Shown here: positions 1-7,286 of the stretch, piece by piece
Layout of the letters: each line of letters begins with the position of its first letter
Numbering within the stretch: position 1 is the stretch's first letter
Source of the DNA: an uncultured virus (IMG/VR IMGVR_UViG_3300042468_000189)
Lineage: Duplodnaviria; Heunggongvirae; Uroviricota; Caudoviricetes
Direction: 5' to 3' (one strand)
DNA: 64,000 bases
Virus record (IMG/VR): IMGVR_UViG_3300042468_000189
Position numbers and translations under genes: made by a program
The notes under the pieces: model-generated
The model's input: only the letters and a program-made list of their open reading frames with translations
Database searches by the model: none
Told to the model about the DNA's origin: nothing

Positions 1-231
1 GGCATCAGGTCTGTTTCTGTAAGCCTCGTCCTCGTCTTCAAATTCTTGATTGCACCAGTCATGAAACATCTGGTCACACAACCTTGCACACGCCTCGCGT
101 TCATGCGCGGCAACAAGGGCAGCGAAATGGACAAGCTCAGTTGCACCCCAACGCGCTGGCTCCACCCACTTGTCTCCTGTGCGTACAAGTCCAGCCTCCC
201 GCGCCATCTTGACAATTTCATCTTGGGTCAT
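1..231 (-). CDS. hypothetical protein of the 'MAREAG...FAALVAAxEREAC' paralog family (runs off window edge)
   Basis: Manual translation from ATG at 231: MTQDEIVKMAREAGLVRTGDKWVEPARWGATELVHFAALVAAHEREACARLC...; open to position 1; not in ORF track. Confidence 0.75.
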   Translation of the reverse strand, partial: MTQDEIVKMAREAGLVRTGDKWVEPARWGATELVHFAALVAAHEREACARLCDQMFHDWCNQEFEDEDEAYRNRPDA

Positions 232-232
232 T

Positions 233-370
233 TCAATACCCCCATCGAATACGGAAGCACACCAGATACAGGTGCAGTACAAATTCGCTGCCACTACTCA
301 CGAACCCCACAGCGAAGCAGGGCCACTTGCGCGGCAAGAATTCAGTAGTTAGATGTAAACTTTTTCGCAT
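233..370 (-). CDS. small hypothetical protein (45 aa)
   Basis: Manual translation MRKSLHLTTEFLPRKWPCF...IRWGY; fills the gap between flanking minus-strand genes. Confidence 0.5.
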   Translation of the reverse strand: MRKSLHLTTEFLPRKWPCFAVGFVSSGSEFVLHLYLVCFRIRWGY

Positions 371-373
371 ACG

Positions 374-616
374 TTACCTCTGCGGATTAAAGCCAAGCCG
401 ACGCATTCCTAACTCGATGAGCATTGCGGCGTCCTCAAGGCGATTTTGACTGCTGCTCATGCCGGTCTGCCATTCGCCGCCTACGCGTTTGCCAACAATA
501 GCCACCGTGACAATCTCTCCAGATTTGGCGTCTTCCAGCCACTGCTCAAGCATGGTTACGGCCTCAGAGTTGTCATGGGTTGTAACTTTGATAAACGGTT
601 TGATGTTGTTTGTCAT
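374..616 (-). CDS. hypothetical protein
   Basis: 80-aa ORF, ATGA-coupled to the upstream gene. Confidence 0.7.
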   Translation of the reverse strand: MTNNIKPFIKVTTHDNSEAVTMLEQWLEDAKSGEIVTVAIVGKRVGGEWQTGMSSSQNRLEDAAMLIELGMRRLGFNPQR

Positions 617-906
617 GTGTTTCCCCTTGCTCGTATGGCTGCGTCTACTTCTGCTTCAGACAAAATGTCCCATCGTTTCTTTTGGTGATTCTGGCAAATT
701 CGGCGATACAGTTTGTCGTCAGACTTCGCTATATCGTCTGCTGTATCGATGTCGTCCAATAACATCCAAAGTCGCAATGATTTCTCACGTTCAGCAGCGG
801 CAACAAGTGCGGCGAAGCGTTCAAACGATTCAAGGTTTGCGCCCATGTATGAGACTGGGTTAAAACCAGCCTCTCGCGCCATGCGGATGATTTCGTCGCG
901 GTTCAT
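613..906 (-). CDS. hypothetical protein, MAREAG paralog family
   Basis: Start reassigned to ATG 906 (MNRDEIIRMAREAG...FAALVAAAERE...AAIRARGNT); 4-bp overlap with upstream gene. Confidence 0.75.
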   Translation of the reverse strand: MNRDEIIRMAREAGFNPVSYMGANLESFERFAALVAAAEREKSLRLWMLLDDIDTADDIAKSDDKLYRRICQNHQKKRWDILSEAEVDAAIRARGNT

Positions 907-1109
907 GCGTTTCCCCTTGCTCGTATGGCGGCGGCGTATGTAGGCCATTCAATCAGTGTGTTTTTGTTCTCACACACCTTCGCACACGCCTCACGCTCGG
1001 CAGCAGCAACAAGGGCAGCAAAACGTGTTACAGAACCTAATGGCTTTTCGTCAGATCCGTAAGCCAATCCCGCCTCCCGTGCCATGCGGATGATGTCTTC
1101 CTTGTTCAT
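903..1109 (-). CDS. hypothetical protein, MAREAG paralog family
   Basis: MNKEDIIRMAREAG...FAALVAAAEREACA...AAIRARGNA. Confidence 0.75.
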   Translation of the reverse strand: MNKEDIIRMAREAGLAYGSDEKPLGSVTRFAALVAAAEREACAKVCENKNTLIEWPTYAAAIRARGNA

Positions 1110-1570
1110 GATTCTTCCCCTTCTTTGTTACTCCATTCTTGCCACCTTGCTGCGATGAGATCTAATAAATGTTTAAGCAGCGATTGATCTGAATCAGATA
1201 AATCATCTCTACCTGCGTACTCAAACAGCAAGTTCCATATAGCTTCGCGCTCATGCTCGGCAACAAGATATGCAAAGTATTCAAGCTGATAAAAAGCATG
1301 AACAACCCCGTTGGAATCAGCAAGCCCTGCTTCTCTAGCCATGCGGATGATGTCTTCTCTATCCGGCGGGTCGGCTTTTATCACGAGGCAATCCGGCCAG
1401 CCGTGAATGCGGTGGTCAACGTGAGCCACCGGCTCTTGCTCTGTCTCCAATGCTTGTCGCAGTGCGGCAATGGCTTCACCGTAGTAATTTTCATCGCCTG
1501 TTTCCCCTAACATCTCTGCGCCTGCATCCTCCAGCACCTCTATCGCTTCTTCAATAGCTTCTTTATCCAT
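1106..1570 (-). CDS. hypothetical mosaic protein ('ALRQAL..EPVA' module plus MAREAG module)
   Basis: 154-aa ORF sharing segments with 1880..2296 and 903..1109. Confidence 0.7.
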   Translation of the reverse strand: MDKEAIEEAIEVLEDAGAEMLGETGDENYYGEAIAALRQALETEQEPVAHVDHRIHGWPDCLVIKADPPDREDIIRMAREAGLADSNGVVHAFYQLEYFAYLVAEHEREAIWNLLFEYAGRDDLSDSDQSLLKHLLDLIAARWQEWSNKEGEES

Positions 1571-1883
1571 GATTCTTCTCCTTTAGCTTGGCTTCAATGG
1601 CACGGGCAAATCCCCATCGATCAAACCACTCTGAATTACTTGCATCAAACTTTTCGGACAGATAACCTAAATCTTGTATCTCCTCATCCGTCAGCCCAAC
1701 CCATTGCTTTGGTGGTGCGGTGTAGAGGGGAACGCCATTTAAGGTCAACGGTGCGTCAAGGTCTTGTACCAGTGGTTTGCGTTGTTCTTTTGATAGCGGA
1801 CCCTCGTAAGCGGGCATTCCGTTGCACCACGCATCAGGCTGACCGTCATCCGCCGGTGTTTTTGCGTTCTTGTTTTCACTCAT
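1563..1883 (-). CDS. hypothetical protein ('PLYTAPP..WVGLTDEE..LKEKN' family)
   Basis: 106-aa ORF in tightly overlapping operon; motifs shared with 1880..2296. Confidence 0.7.
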   Translation of the reverse strand: MSENKNAKTPADDGQPDAWCNGMPAYEGPLSKEQRKPLVQDLDAPLTLNGVPLYTAPPKQWVGLTDEEIQDLGYLSEKFDASNSEWFDRWGFARAIEAKLKEKNHG

Positions 1884-2296
1884 GTGTTCTTCTCCTTAAA
1901 AGCCTGCTCAAGAACCCTTGCTACATCAAGCCAACCACCACCCTCAAGCACATTATCAATTGCTTGCCATACTTCCTGATCTGTCAAACTGACCCATTGC
2001 TTCTTTGGTGGTGCGGTGTAAAGTGGTGTAGATTTGTTGAAGTGTGGGTGAGCTTGTTCCACAAACCGCTGGTCCGTGAATGTCAGGTGCTTTCTGCTGT
2101 CCCACTCATACATCCACGCCACCGGCTCATGTTCATCTTTTACGATTTCATCAACACGTTCTTGTGATGTGTCGTCGGCATTGACAAGTGCTTGGCGCAG
2201 TGCGGTGATGGCCATTTTTCTATGAACCAAACCCAGATGGCTTACCGGATCGCTCTCTAGCGCCTCCAGCGCCATCTGCATAGCTTCTCTGCTCAT
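1880..2296 (-). CDS. hypothetical protein ('EPVAW..PLYTAPP..WVSLTDQE' family)
   Basis: 138-aa ORF, ATGA overlaps on both sides. Confidence 0.7.
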   Translation of the reverse strand: MSREAMQMALEALESDPVSHLGLVHRKMAITALRQALVNADDTSQERVDEIVKDEHEPVAWMYEWDSRKHLTFTDQRFVEQAHPHFNKSTPLYTAPPKKQWVSLTDQEVWQAIDNVLEGGGWLDVARVLEQAFKEKNT

Positions 2297-2580
2297 GATT
2301 TCTCTCTTGTTGCCTTGGCGATGGCAGCGCGGGCATTTGTAAGCATTTCGTCGAGTCCGTTGTCATTGTCATGGCCGAAGTAGCTCACGAAGTCCATTAA
2401 TGCGTTAAGCATGTCGGGCGCGGCGGCGATCAGGCGAGCGTTGGCTTCTGATGTTTCCAGACGCTTGCCGTCCATTGACAACGCGGTCACAAGTTCGCGT
2501 CCGCTGTTGACGTACAAGGAATAGCCGCTTCTGTCGTAGTTCCACGGCCCCGGTGTGTGTTTGATAGCTTCTCTGCTCAT
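2293..2580 (-). CDS. hypothetical phage protein ('HTPGPW...ANARLIAAAP' family)
   Basis: Motifs common in small phage early proteins. Confidence 0.75.
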   Translation of the reverse strand: MSREAIKHTPGPWNYDRSGYSLYVNSGRELVTALSMDGKRLETSEANARLIAAAPDMLNALMDFVSYFGHDNDNGLDEMLTNARAAIAKATREKS

Positions 2581-2837
2581 GATTTCTCTCCTGTTGCTTT
2601 AGCGATGGCTTCATGAGCCTCGCGTTCTATCGTCTTGGCCCAGTGCCCGTTATCTAGCAAGCATATGTTGAGGATCGTGTTGAGTGCCTTCAGCAGATCC
2701 TGATTGACCTCATGCAACCGGCGCAGTTCGGCGGCTGCATCACCGCACAGGCCATTTCGGCTGAACTGTCGATCAAGTTCGTCCAGCGCATCAGCCAGCC
2801 GCAAGGCTTCGGGTTGTTTCACAGCTTCTCTGCTCAT
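2577..2837 (-). CDS. hypothetical phage protein ('QPEALRLAD..AAELRRLHE' family)
   Basis: 86-aa ORF, ATGA overlaps. Confidence 0.7.
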   Translation of the reverse strand: MSREAVKQPEALRLADALDELDRQFSRNGLCGDAAAELRRLHEVNQDLLKALNTILNICLLDNGHWAKTIEREAHEAIAKATGEKS

Positions 2838-3043
2838 CGCTCCCTCTCCCTCAACATGGCGTCTGCAATCATGTAAGCCTGCCTCGCGGTTGCATCAAAA
2901 TAATTCCCCTGCGCCAGTGCTTGCATCGCCTTGGCTGCAAGGTAATCACGCAGGGACATACCTGATTGGATTAGGTGCGAATGTGCGACGGGAAACGCTG
3001 CCCCACCGTCTGTTGGCGTCTTTGCCGTTTTGTTTTCGCTCAT
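2834..3043 (-). CDS. hypothetical phage protein ('GGxAFP..MSLRDYxAAKAM..AYxxADAML' family)
   Basis: Recognisable small-phage-protein motif; paralog of 4412..4630. Confidence 0.75.
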   Translation of the reverse strand: MSENKTAKTPTDGGAAFPVAHSHLIQSGMSLRDYLAAKAMQALAQGNYFDATARQAYMIADAMLRERER

Positions 3044-3375
3044 GACTTCTCCCCTTCAATAATTAGTTTCTCTCGTTGCATTCGCTTCCTAAGCTTCTGC
3101 TTAAACTTATAGCGTTTAGCAATCTCTGCGCGGGTCATGATGGTGCGGGGTTTATCTTCACCTTCACCTACCTTAAAGATCTTTGTAGTATCCGCACCCC
3201 TTGAGTTCTTTAGCCACCCAATGACGTGAACTGCTTTCTCTTTATGTAGTGCTCGCAAGTAGGATTGCGTCGTTACAATGTGTAGTCCTGTCTCGTTAGC
3301 AATATCGTGTGCCGTACATCCATCAAGCAGCATGCGTATCATTCGCGCATACAAAAGCTCGTTCATCTTGATCAT
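3040..3375 (-). CDS. putative helix-turn-helix DNA-binding protein
   Basis: TAHDIANETGLHIVTTQSYLRAL resembles a winged-HTH core. Confidence 0.55.
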   Translation of the reverse strand: MIKMNELLYARMIRMLLDGCTAHDIANETGLHIVTTQSYLRALHKEKAVHVIGWLKNSRGADTTKIFKVGEGEDKPRTIMTRAEIAKRYKFKQKLRKRMQREKLIIEGEKS

Positions 3376-3557
3376 GCTTGATCACTCGCATGACGCTTCC
3401 ATTCCTCCTTCTCTTTCATACGTTGTTCATACACTTCCATGAGCAACTCTGCTGCCTCCTTTATCTTGAACTTCTCTGTCGTGCAGTAGTTGGGCAACCC
3501 CTCGGCGTAACCCTCAAGCCATGCAGCGAGCATGGCGAACCTATGCGCGGGACTCAT
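3372..3557 (-). CDS. hypothetical protein
   Basis: 61-aa ORF, ATGA overlaps. Confidence 0.65.
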   Translation of the reverse strand: MSPAHRFAMLAAWLEGYAEGLPNYCTTEKFKIKEAAELLMEVYEQRMKEKEEWKRHASDQA

Positions 3558-3874
3558 TGTCTAGCTCCTGCTAAATTAAATGGATCGTTAAAGATTGTGC
3601 TTAGCTTATTTTTCTTAGGTTTCTCTTTGCGACCATGCTCCACACGGTGCATGCTCACGAATGTATAGAACCGTTCTAACTGCCCTGACTTACCACGTTC
3701 AGTAAAACTTTTTATATACCCAAAGAATGCAAGTCTTCTCAGTAAGTTATTAGCAGCCGCAGGGGACACTCGTAGATGAAGCGCAACCTCTCTGCGGTTT
3801 GGGGGGATCTTGCGGCTACGCACGTAGGTGACGCACTTAAGCTGCAAGGGTGTCATCTCGTCGTGATAGCTCAT
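3554..3874 (-). CDS. putative winged-HTH protein (LexA N-terminal domain-like)
   Basis: MTPLQ..V..Y....PPNRREVALHLRVSPAAANNLLRRLAFFGYI parallels the LexA DNA-binding domain pattern; no peptidase domain. Confidence 0.6.
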   Translation of the reverse strand: MSYHDEMTPLQLKCVTYVRSRKIPPNRREVALHLRVSPAAANNLLRRLAFFGYIKSFTERGKSGQLERFYTFVSMHRVEHGRKEKPKKNKLSTIFNDPFNLAGARQ

Positions 3875-4077
3875 CCATTTAACTCCTTAAGCCTACGCTG
3901 CGCCCAGTTCGCGCCTGCTGTGAACATGGAAGAATTAACCCACCGCATACTCTCAGCGAAGATCGTTGTGTTGGCTAAGTCCTTCCACTCGCCACGCTGA
4001 TGTAGCTTCTCGTATACCTCTAACTTCTTCTCAAGAAGCTCGATGTACTGTGCGCTCGTCATATTTTTTGGTTTCAT
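3871..4077 (-). CDS. hypothetical protein
   Basis: 68-aa ORF in operon. Confidence 0.6.
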   Translation of the reverse strand: MKPKNMTSAQYIELLEKKLEVYEKLHQRGEWKDLANTTIFAESMRWVNSSMFTAGANWAQRRLKELNG

Positions 4078-4210
4078 ATTTCTCTTTTATCTCCATGATT
4101 GCTTGAGCAACTAGCTCTTGTGCTTCCCGTACGATGCTGCGTCTACCTCTCACAATACCGACCATGAAGCCGACTAAAAATCCAAAGGCCCAAATCAAAG
4201 TGCTTTCCAT
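4031..4210 (-). CDS. small protein with N-terminal hydrophobic helix (59 aa)
   Basis: Manual translation MESTLIWAFGFLVGFMVGIVRGRRSIVREAQ...; not in ORF track. Confidence 0.55.
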   Translation of the reverse strand: MESTLIWAFGFLVGFMVGIVRGRRSIVREAQELVAQAIMEIKEKYETKKYDERTVHRAS

Positions 4211-4434
4211 CCTTTGACCTCCTCAGTCCAAGACCTTGCCCATAAAGACATAACACTAAGCCTTGCGCCTGCGTCTACCAACTCAATTGTTTTATATACC
4301 GTTCTAGTATGTTTAGTACCAGGGCTAACCCAACGATGCTTCTCGCTATAGTCCGGTAGGTAAGGAACCCCACGCAAATAAAAGACAGGTTGTGTTTCAG
4401 TCTCTGCTACTTTATTTAGATTCATCATCGACAT
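4195..4434 (-). CDS. hypothetical protein
   Basis: 79-aa ORF in operon. Confidence 0.6.
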   Translation of the reverse strand: MSMMNLNKVAETETQPVFYLRGVPYLPDYSEKHRWVSPGTKHTRTVYKTIELVDAGARLSVMSLWARSWTEEVKGWKAL

Positions 4435-4630
4435 GCTTACTTCTCCGTTTGATCATCTCGTCTGCTACTCGATAGGCAAAATCTGCAAATGCTTCTTCTG
4501 GTTTGTACTGCGGCATCTGCCCCCACTTACCTGCGAGGATTCCTGCTATTGCTGACATAGCAAAATCGTCACGCAACTCCGTTAAGAACTGCTTCTCTGC
4601 CCATGCACGTTCTGCTTCAAACTCATCCAT
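4412..4630 (-). CDS. hypothetical phage protein ('LRDxFA..AYxVADxM' family)
   Basis: Strong RBS AGGAGG upstream; paralog of 2834..3043. Confidence 0.75.
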   Translation of the reverse strand: MDEFEAERAWAEKQFLTELRDDFAMSAIAGILAGKWGQMPQYKPEEAFADFAYRVADEMIKRRSKHVDDESK

Positions 4631-4647
4631 ATAACCTCCTATAAATT

Positions 4648-5279
4648 ACCTGCCTAAGTTCGCCCCGCCATACCCCGCCTAACCTGATTACACCGCACCT
4701 GCCTCATCAAAACCCATCACACCTTGTGTTACCTAACGCCACCGTGCCTGCCTGAAAAGCCCGACCATGCCGTGACCGACCTCACTCGCCACACCTGCCA
4801 AAACGAACCGCACCGAACCATACCCAAATGCAACCTACCGAACCGAACCGTGCCTGCCACGCCAAACCGCGTTAAATCACGCCGAACCCAATCCGACCGT
4901 ACCCCGCCCTACCGAGCCTGCCTGATAAGACCTTACATACAACACCTATCCCGACCTCACCTAGCCTGCCGGAAAAAACCCAACCGGTCCTAACCATATC
5001 GCACCGAACCAACCACGCCTGCCCTAACAAACCGCATAAACCAAACCGAATCGAACCTTACCTAGCCTGCCATACCAAGCTTGACCGAATCCCGACTTAT
5101 CAAGCCGCACCGCACCGAACCATGCCTGCCAAATCTAACCTCATGGCAAACTACCGAACCCCACCCCACCTAGCCTGCCAAATTAAACCTCACCTCGCCC
5201 CACCAACCGCGCCACACCCTGCCTGCCTCACCATCCTTACCAAATAAAGCCCTACCCCATCAACCGAACCATGCCTGCC
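4648..5279 (-). repeat. array of 12 units delimited by 13 GGCAGGY motifs, each unit a run of GGY-NN pentamers
   Basis: RCCTGCC on + strand at 4648, 4697, 4746, 4793, 4852, 4916, 4964, 5017, 5065, 5124, 5173, 5221, 5273; spacings 49,49,47,59,64,48,53,48,59,49,48,52. Confidence 0.95.
4648..5279 (-). ncRNA. putative guide-RNA precursor array for the adjacent RAMP/Cas7-like protein
   Basis: Non-coding, co-oriented inside the minus-strand operon, begins at the stop codon of the gene next to the RAMP gene; RNA function is inferred. Confidence 0.65.
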
Positions 5280-5743
5280 TAAACCTTCTCCAGTTTGTTG
5301 CGTAGGACTAAGACTTGGTCAAGCAGTGCTTCCATCTCATCCACCATGTCGAGCGCCTGCGCTACGTTCTTTGCTCTTCGTAACGCACCAACAATGAGTG
5401 CGACCTCGTTGTTGATAACTTCTCTCGACAGATCTTTATCGCTACGTACCTTGGTGAGTGTGGTGTAGCCTTGCTCGTTGCCTTTCTTGCTTGGGTCTCG
5501 CAAGTAAATAGGAGCTTTGATAACGACCTTGTCTGTTGTTATAACTACGCGAACTGAAGCAATCAGATTGCGAGCAGTGTCAACCCAATGCTTGTAAGCT
5601 GCGCTCTCAAGACTCCAGTCAAAGTAAGTATGCAGAGGACTTGATGGGTTCTTAGCATCTGCTACTACGATGTCTGGTGTAAGCGACCCTCCGTGGAGGG
5701 CCGCAATCTCTTCTAACCTCTTAGCGATTGCGGCTCTGTCCAT
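5279..5743 (-). CDS. conserved phage protein, partner of RAMP-like gene
   Basis: 154 aa with 'LTPDIVVADAKNPSSPLHTYFDW..AAYKHWVDTARNLI' motif; RBS TAAGGA; lies between RAMP gene and array. Confidence 0.8.
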   Translation of the reverse strand: MDRAAIAKRLEEIAALHGGSLTPDIVVADAKNPSSPLHTYFDWSLESAAYKHWVDTARNLIASVRVVITTDKVVIKAPIYLRDPSKKGNEQGYTTLTKVRSDKDLSREVINNEVALIVGALRRAKNVAQALDMVDEMEALLDQVLVLRNKLEKV

Positions 5744-5752
5744 GTTTTATCC

Positions 5753-6520
5753 TTAAGCGGCTTTAAGACCACGACGCTTGGTCTCTGCGTTGAACCATGA
5801 AAGCAACTCTTCAGTGTCATCGTCATAAGCCTCTGGGTTTTCCAGTGCTTCGAGTTGCGCTGCTTTACCACCTGTCTTAATTACTTCTAAGAACTCAGGA
5901 TCATTGGCGTCAACAATCTTCCAACGACCATAGTTGCCCGAACCTTTCTCAGGTCTCCAATCACCAACGCCCATCGTAATACCTGCTGTAGCGAAGAGAT
6001 TAGAGATAACCGTATGGTTCAGAACCGGACGCACATAAGTAATATCAACCTTGCATGCCCACTTCGGAACGATGGCACGGGTACGTACATCAGGGGTTTT
6101 GTTAATGTCTGCCGACCGAGTAATACTTGAGAAGATCTTAGGTACACCAAACAACTCAAGACGCTCGTTCTCAACCGTAGTCAGGCGACCTATCTGAGAC
6201 TTCTTAGCTCCAGGCATATCGAGTGCCGCGTTGCGTAGTGCACCCTTGAACTGTGTAGCCAATACAGATAACTCTGTTGCATGATCGCCCTGCGGCATGC
6301 GGTACGGTGAGGACCGATACTCAACCAACGGATCGTGCTTCATTGATCCTGCTTTCTCAGCAGCAGTCTTGCGACCGGAAGGAAGAAGCAGTTGTTGCCA
6401 TGCCTTCTCTGGCATACGGTTGCAGATCATCGGTGTAGTTCCTAGTACGTGGAACGTAACCGTTTGGGTTTCCATCTCAACGATTTGAATCGTATCTTCT
6501 GTTACTTTCTTTGTAGCCAT
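5753..6520 (-). CDS. stand-alone RAMP/Cas7-like RNA-binding protein
   Basis: N-terminal strand 'FHVLGTTPMI', helix 'VLATQFKGALRNAA' (cf. RAMP IPGSSLKGALR), C-terminal G-rich loop 'GVGDWRPEKGSGNYGRW'. Confidence 0.8.
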   Translation of the reverse strand: MATKKVTEDTIQIVEMETQTVTFHVLGTTPMICNRMPEKAWQQLLLPSGRKTAAEKAGSMKHDPLVEYRSSPYRMPQGDHATELSVLATQFKGALRNAALDMPGAKKSQIGRLTTVENERLELFGVPKIFSSITRSADINKTPDVRTRAIVPKWACKVDITYVRPVLNHTVISNLFATAGITMGVGDWRPEKGSGNYGRWKIVDANDPEFLEVIKTGGKAAQLEALENPEAYDDDTEELLSWFNAETKRRGLKAA

Positions 6521-6533
6521 GTTGTCCTCGTAA

Positions 6534-6761
6534 TTAAATTAAATCGTTTTCACTTGCCTTAGCCGCTAGTGATTTGTAGAACGCCCACTTGCGTAAGTAG
6601 TACGGGTCTTCGCTTGGGGGTGTCCACGTAGGAGCAGGGTGCGGCATGTCCCTGTTCTTATCTTCGGGAACTGGTTGCTTCTTCCACACGGCAATAACAT
6701 CAGAGCCAGACTTCCATAGCCTGATACATCGCTCCATGTTTTGTAGTTGTTCTTCTGTCAT
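6534..6761 (-). CDS. hypothetical protein
   Basis: 75-aa ORF in operon. Confidence 0.6.
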   Translation of the reverse strand: MTEEQLQNMERCIRLWKSGSDVIAVWKKQPVPEDKNRDMPHPAPTWTPPSEDPYYLRKWAFYKSLAAKASENDLI

Positions 6762-6964
6762 TAGTAAGGAGCCTCCTCTATGTCAGATAGATCCTGCTTG
6801 TCTTGCTTTGTACGTATTAACTTAACGTCACGCTTTGTGCAGTAAACCCAACGTGGGAACGGCCAAGGTGTTTGCGGAATGAGGACGACTAAGTCATCGC
6901 CTTTGACTGCATGCACCTTGCCTTCTTCTTTGTTTGGAAACCGCACTCGGTCTCCCTCGCGCAC
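6761..6964 (-). CDS. hypothetical protein (possible small SH3/KOW-like barrel)
   Basis: 'EGDRVRF....GKV' pattern; GTG start. Confidence 0.55.
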   Translation of the reverse strand: MREGDRVRFPNKEEGKVHAVKGDDLVVLIPQTPWPFPRWVYCTKRDVKLIRTKQDKQDLSDIEEAPY

Positions 6965-6966
6965 AG

Positions 6967-7284
6967 CTACTCCATCACGCGAGGGGTTAGCATCTCAAGA
7001 TACTTCTGCCTGTAGTGCCGGAACTTCTCAGCATCGGCAGGATCTTTAAGACCTTGGCGCATAGCGTACTTAATCATGTTGCCCTTGAGGAACCCCATGA
7101 ACTCGTCATAGGTAAGCAATGTCTCCATCGCTTCCCAAGGTTGTACACCCATTGTTTTATAGTGAGTACCACCAACCTGTCTTGTGTCTGCGCTTGGAGG
7201 TTTGCTGCTTATTGCAGTGACAGTGTACTCAACCTTGTTGCGTGACCCAGGGGGACGACCCCTGCGCTTCTTTGTAGTAACCAT
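6967..7284 (-). CDS. DUF3310 (SaV-like) protein with N-terminal AT-hook
   Basis: 'QVGGTHY....QPWE...GFLKGN.IKY..R.G.K' DUF3310 pattern; KRRGRPP AT-hook. Confidence 0.8.
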   Translation of the reverse strand: MVTTKKRRGRPPGSRNKVEYTVTAISSKPPSADTRQVGGTHYKTMGVQPWEAMETLLTYDEFMGFLKGNMIKYAMRQGLKDPADAEKFRHYRQKYLEMLTPRVME

Positions 7285-7286
7285 AA

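Noticed and set aside
3554..3874. Lysogeny repressor (CI/LexA)
   Set aside because: Only a LexA-like DNA-binding domain; no S24 peptidase, no divergent cro arrangement and no integrase in the window.
4724..4993. 89-aa plus-strand ORF over the array
   Set aside because: Pro/Arg/Thr-rich translation of the RCC-NN periodicity, antisense to the operon, TTG start without RBS; a 5-nt period does not fit coding.
4648..5279. Canonical CRISPR array
   Set aside because: The constant part is only 7 nt, there is no 23-47-bp repeat, the 'spacers' are themselves periodic, and no cas1/cas2 is present.
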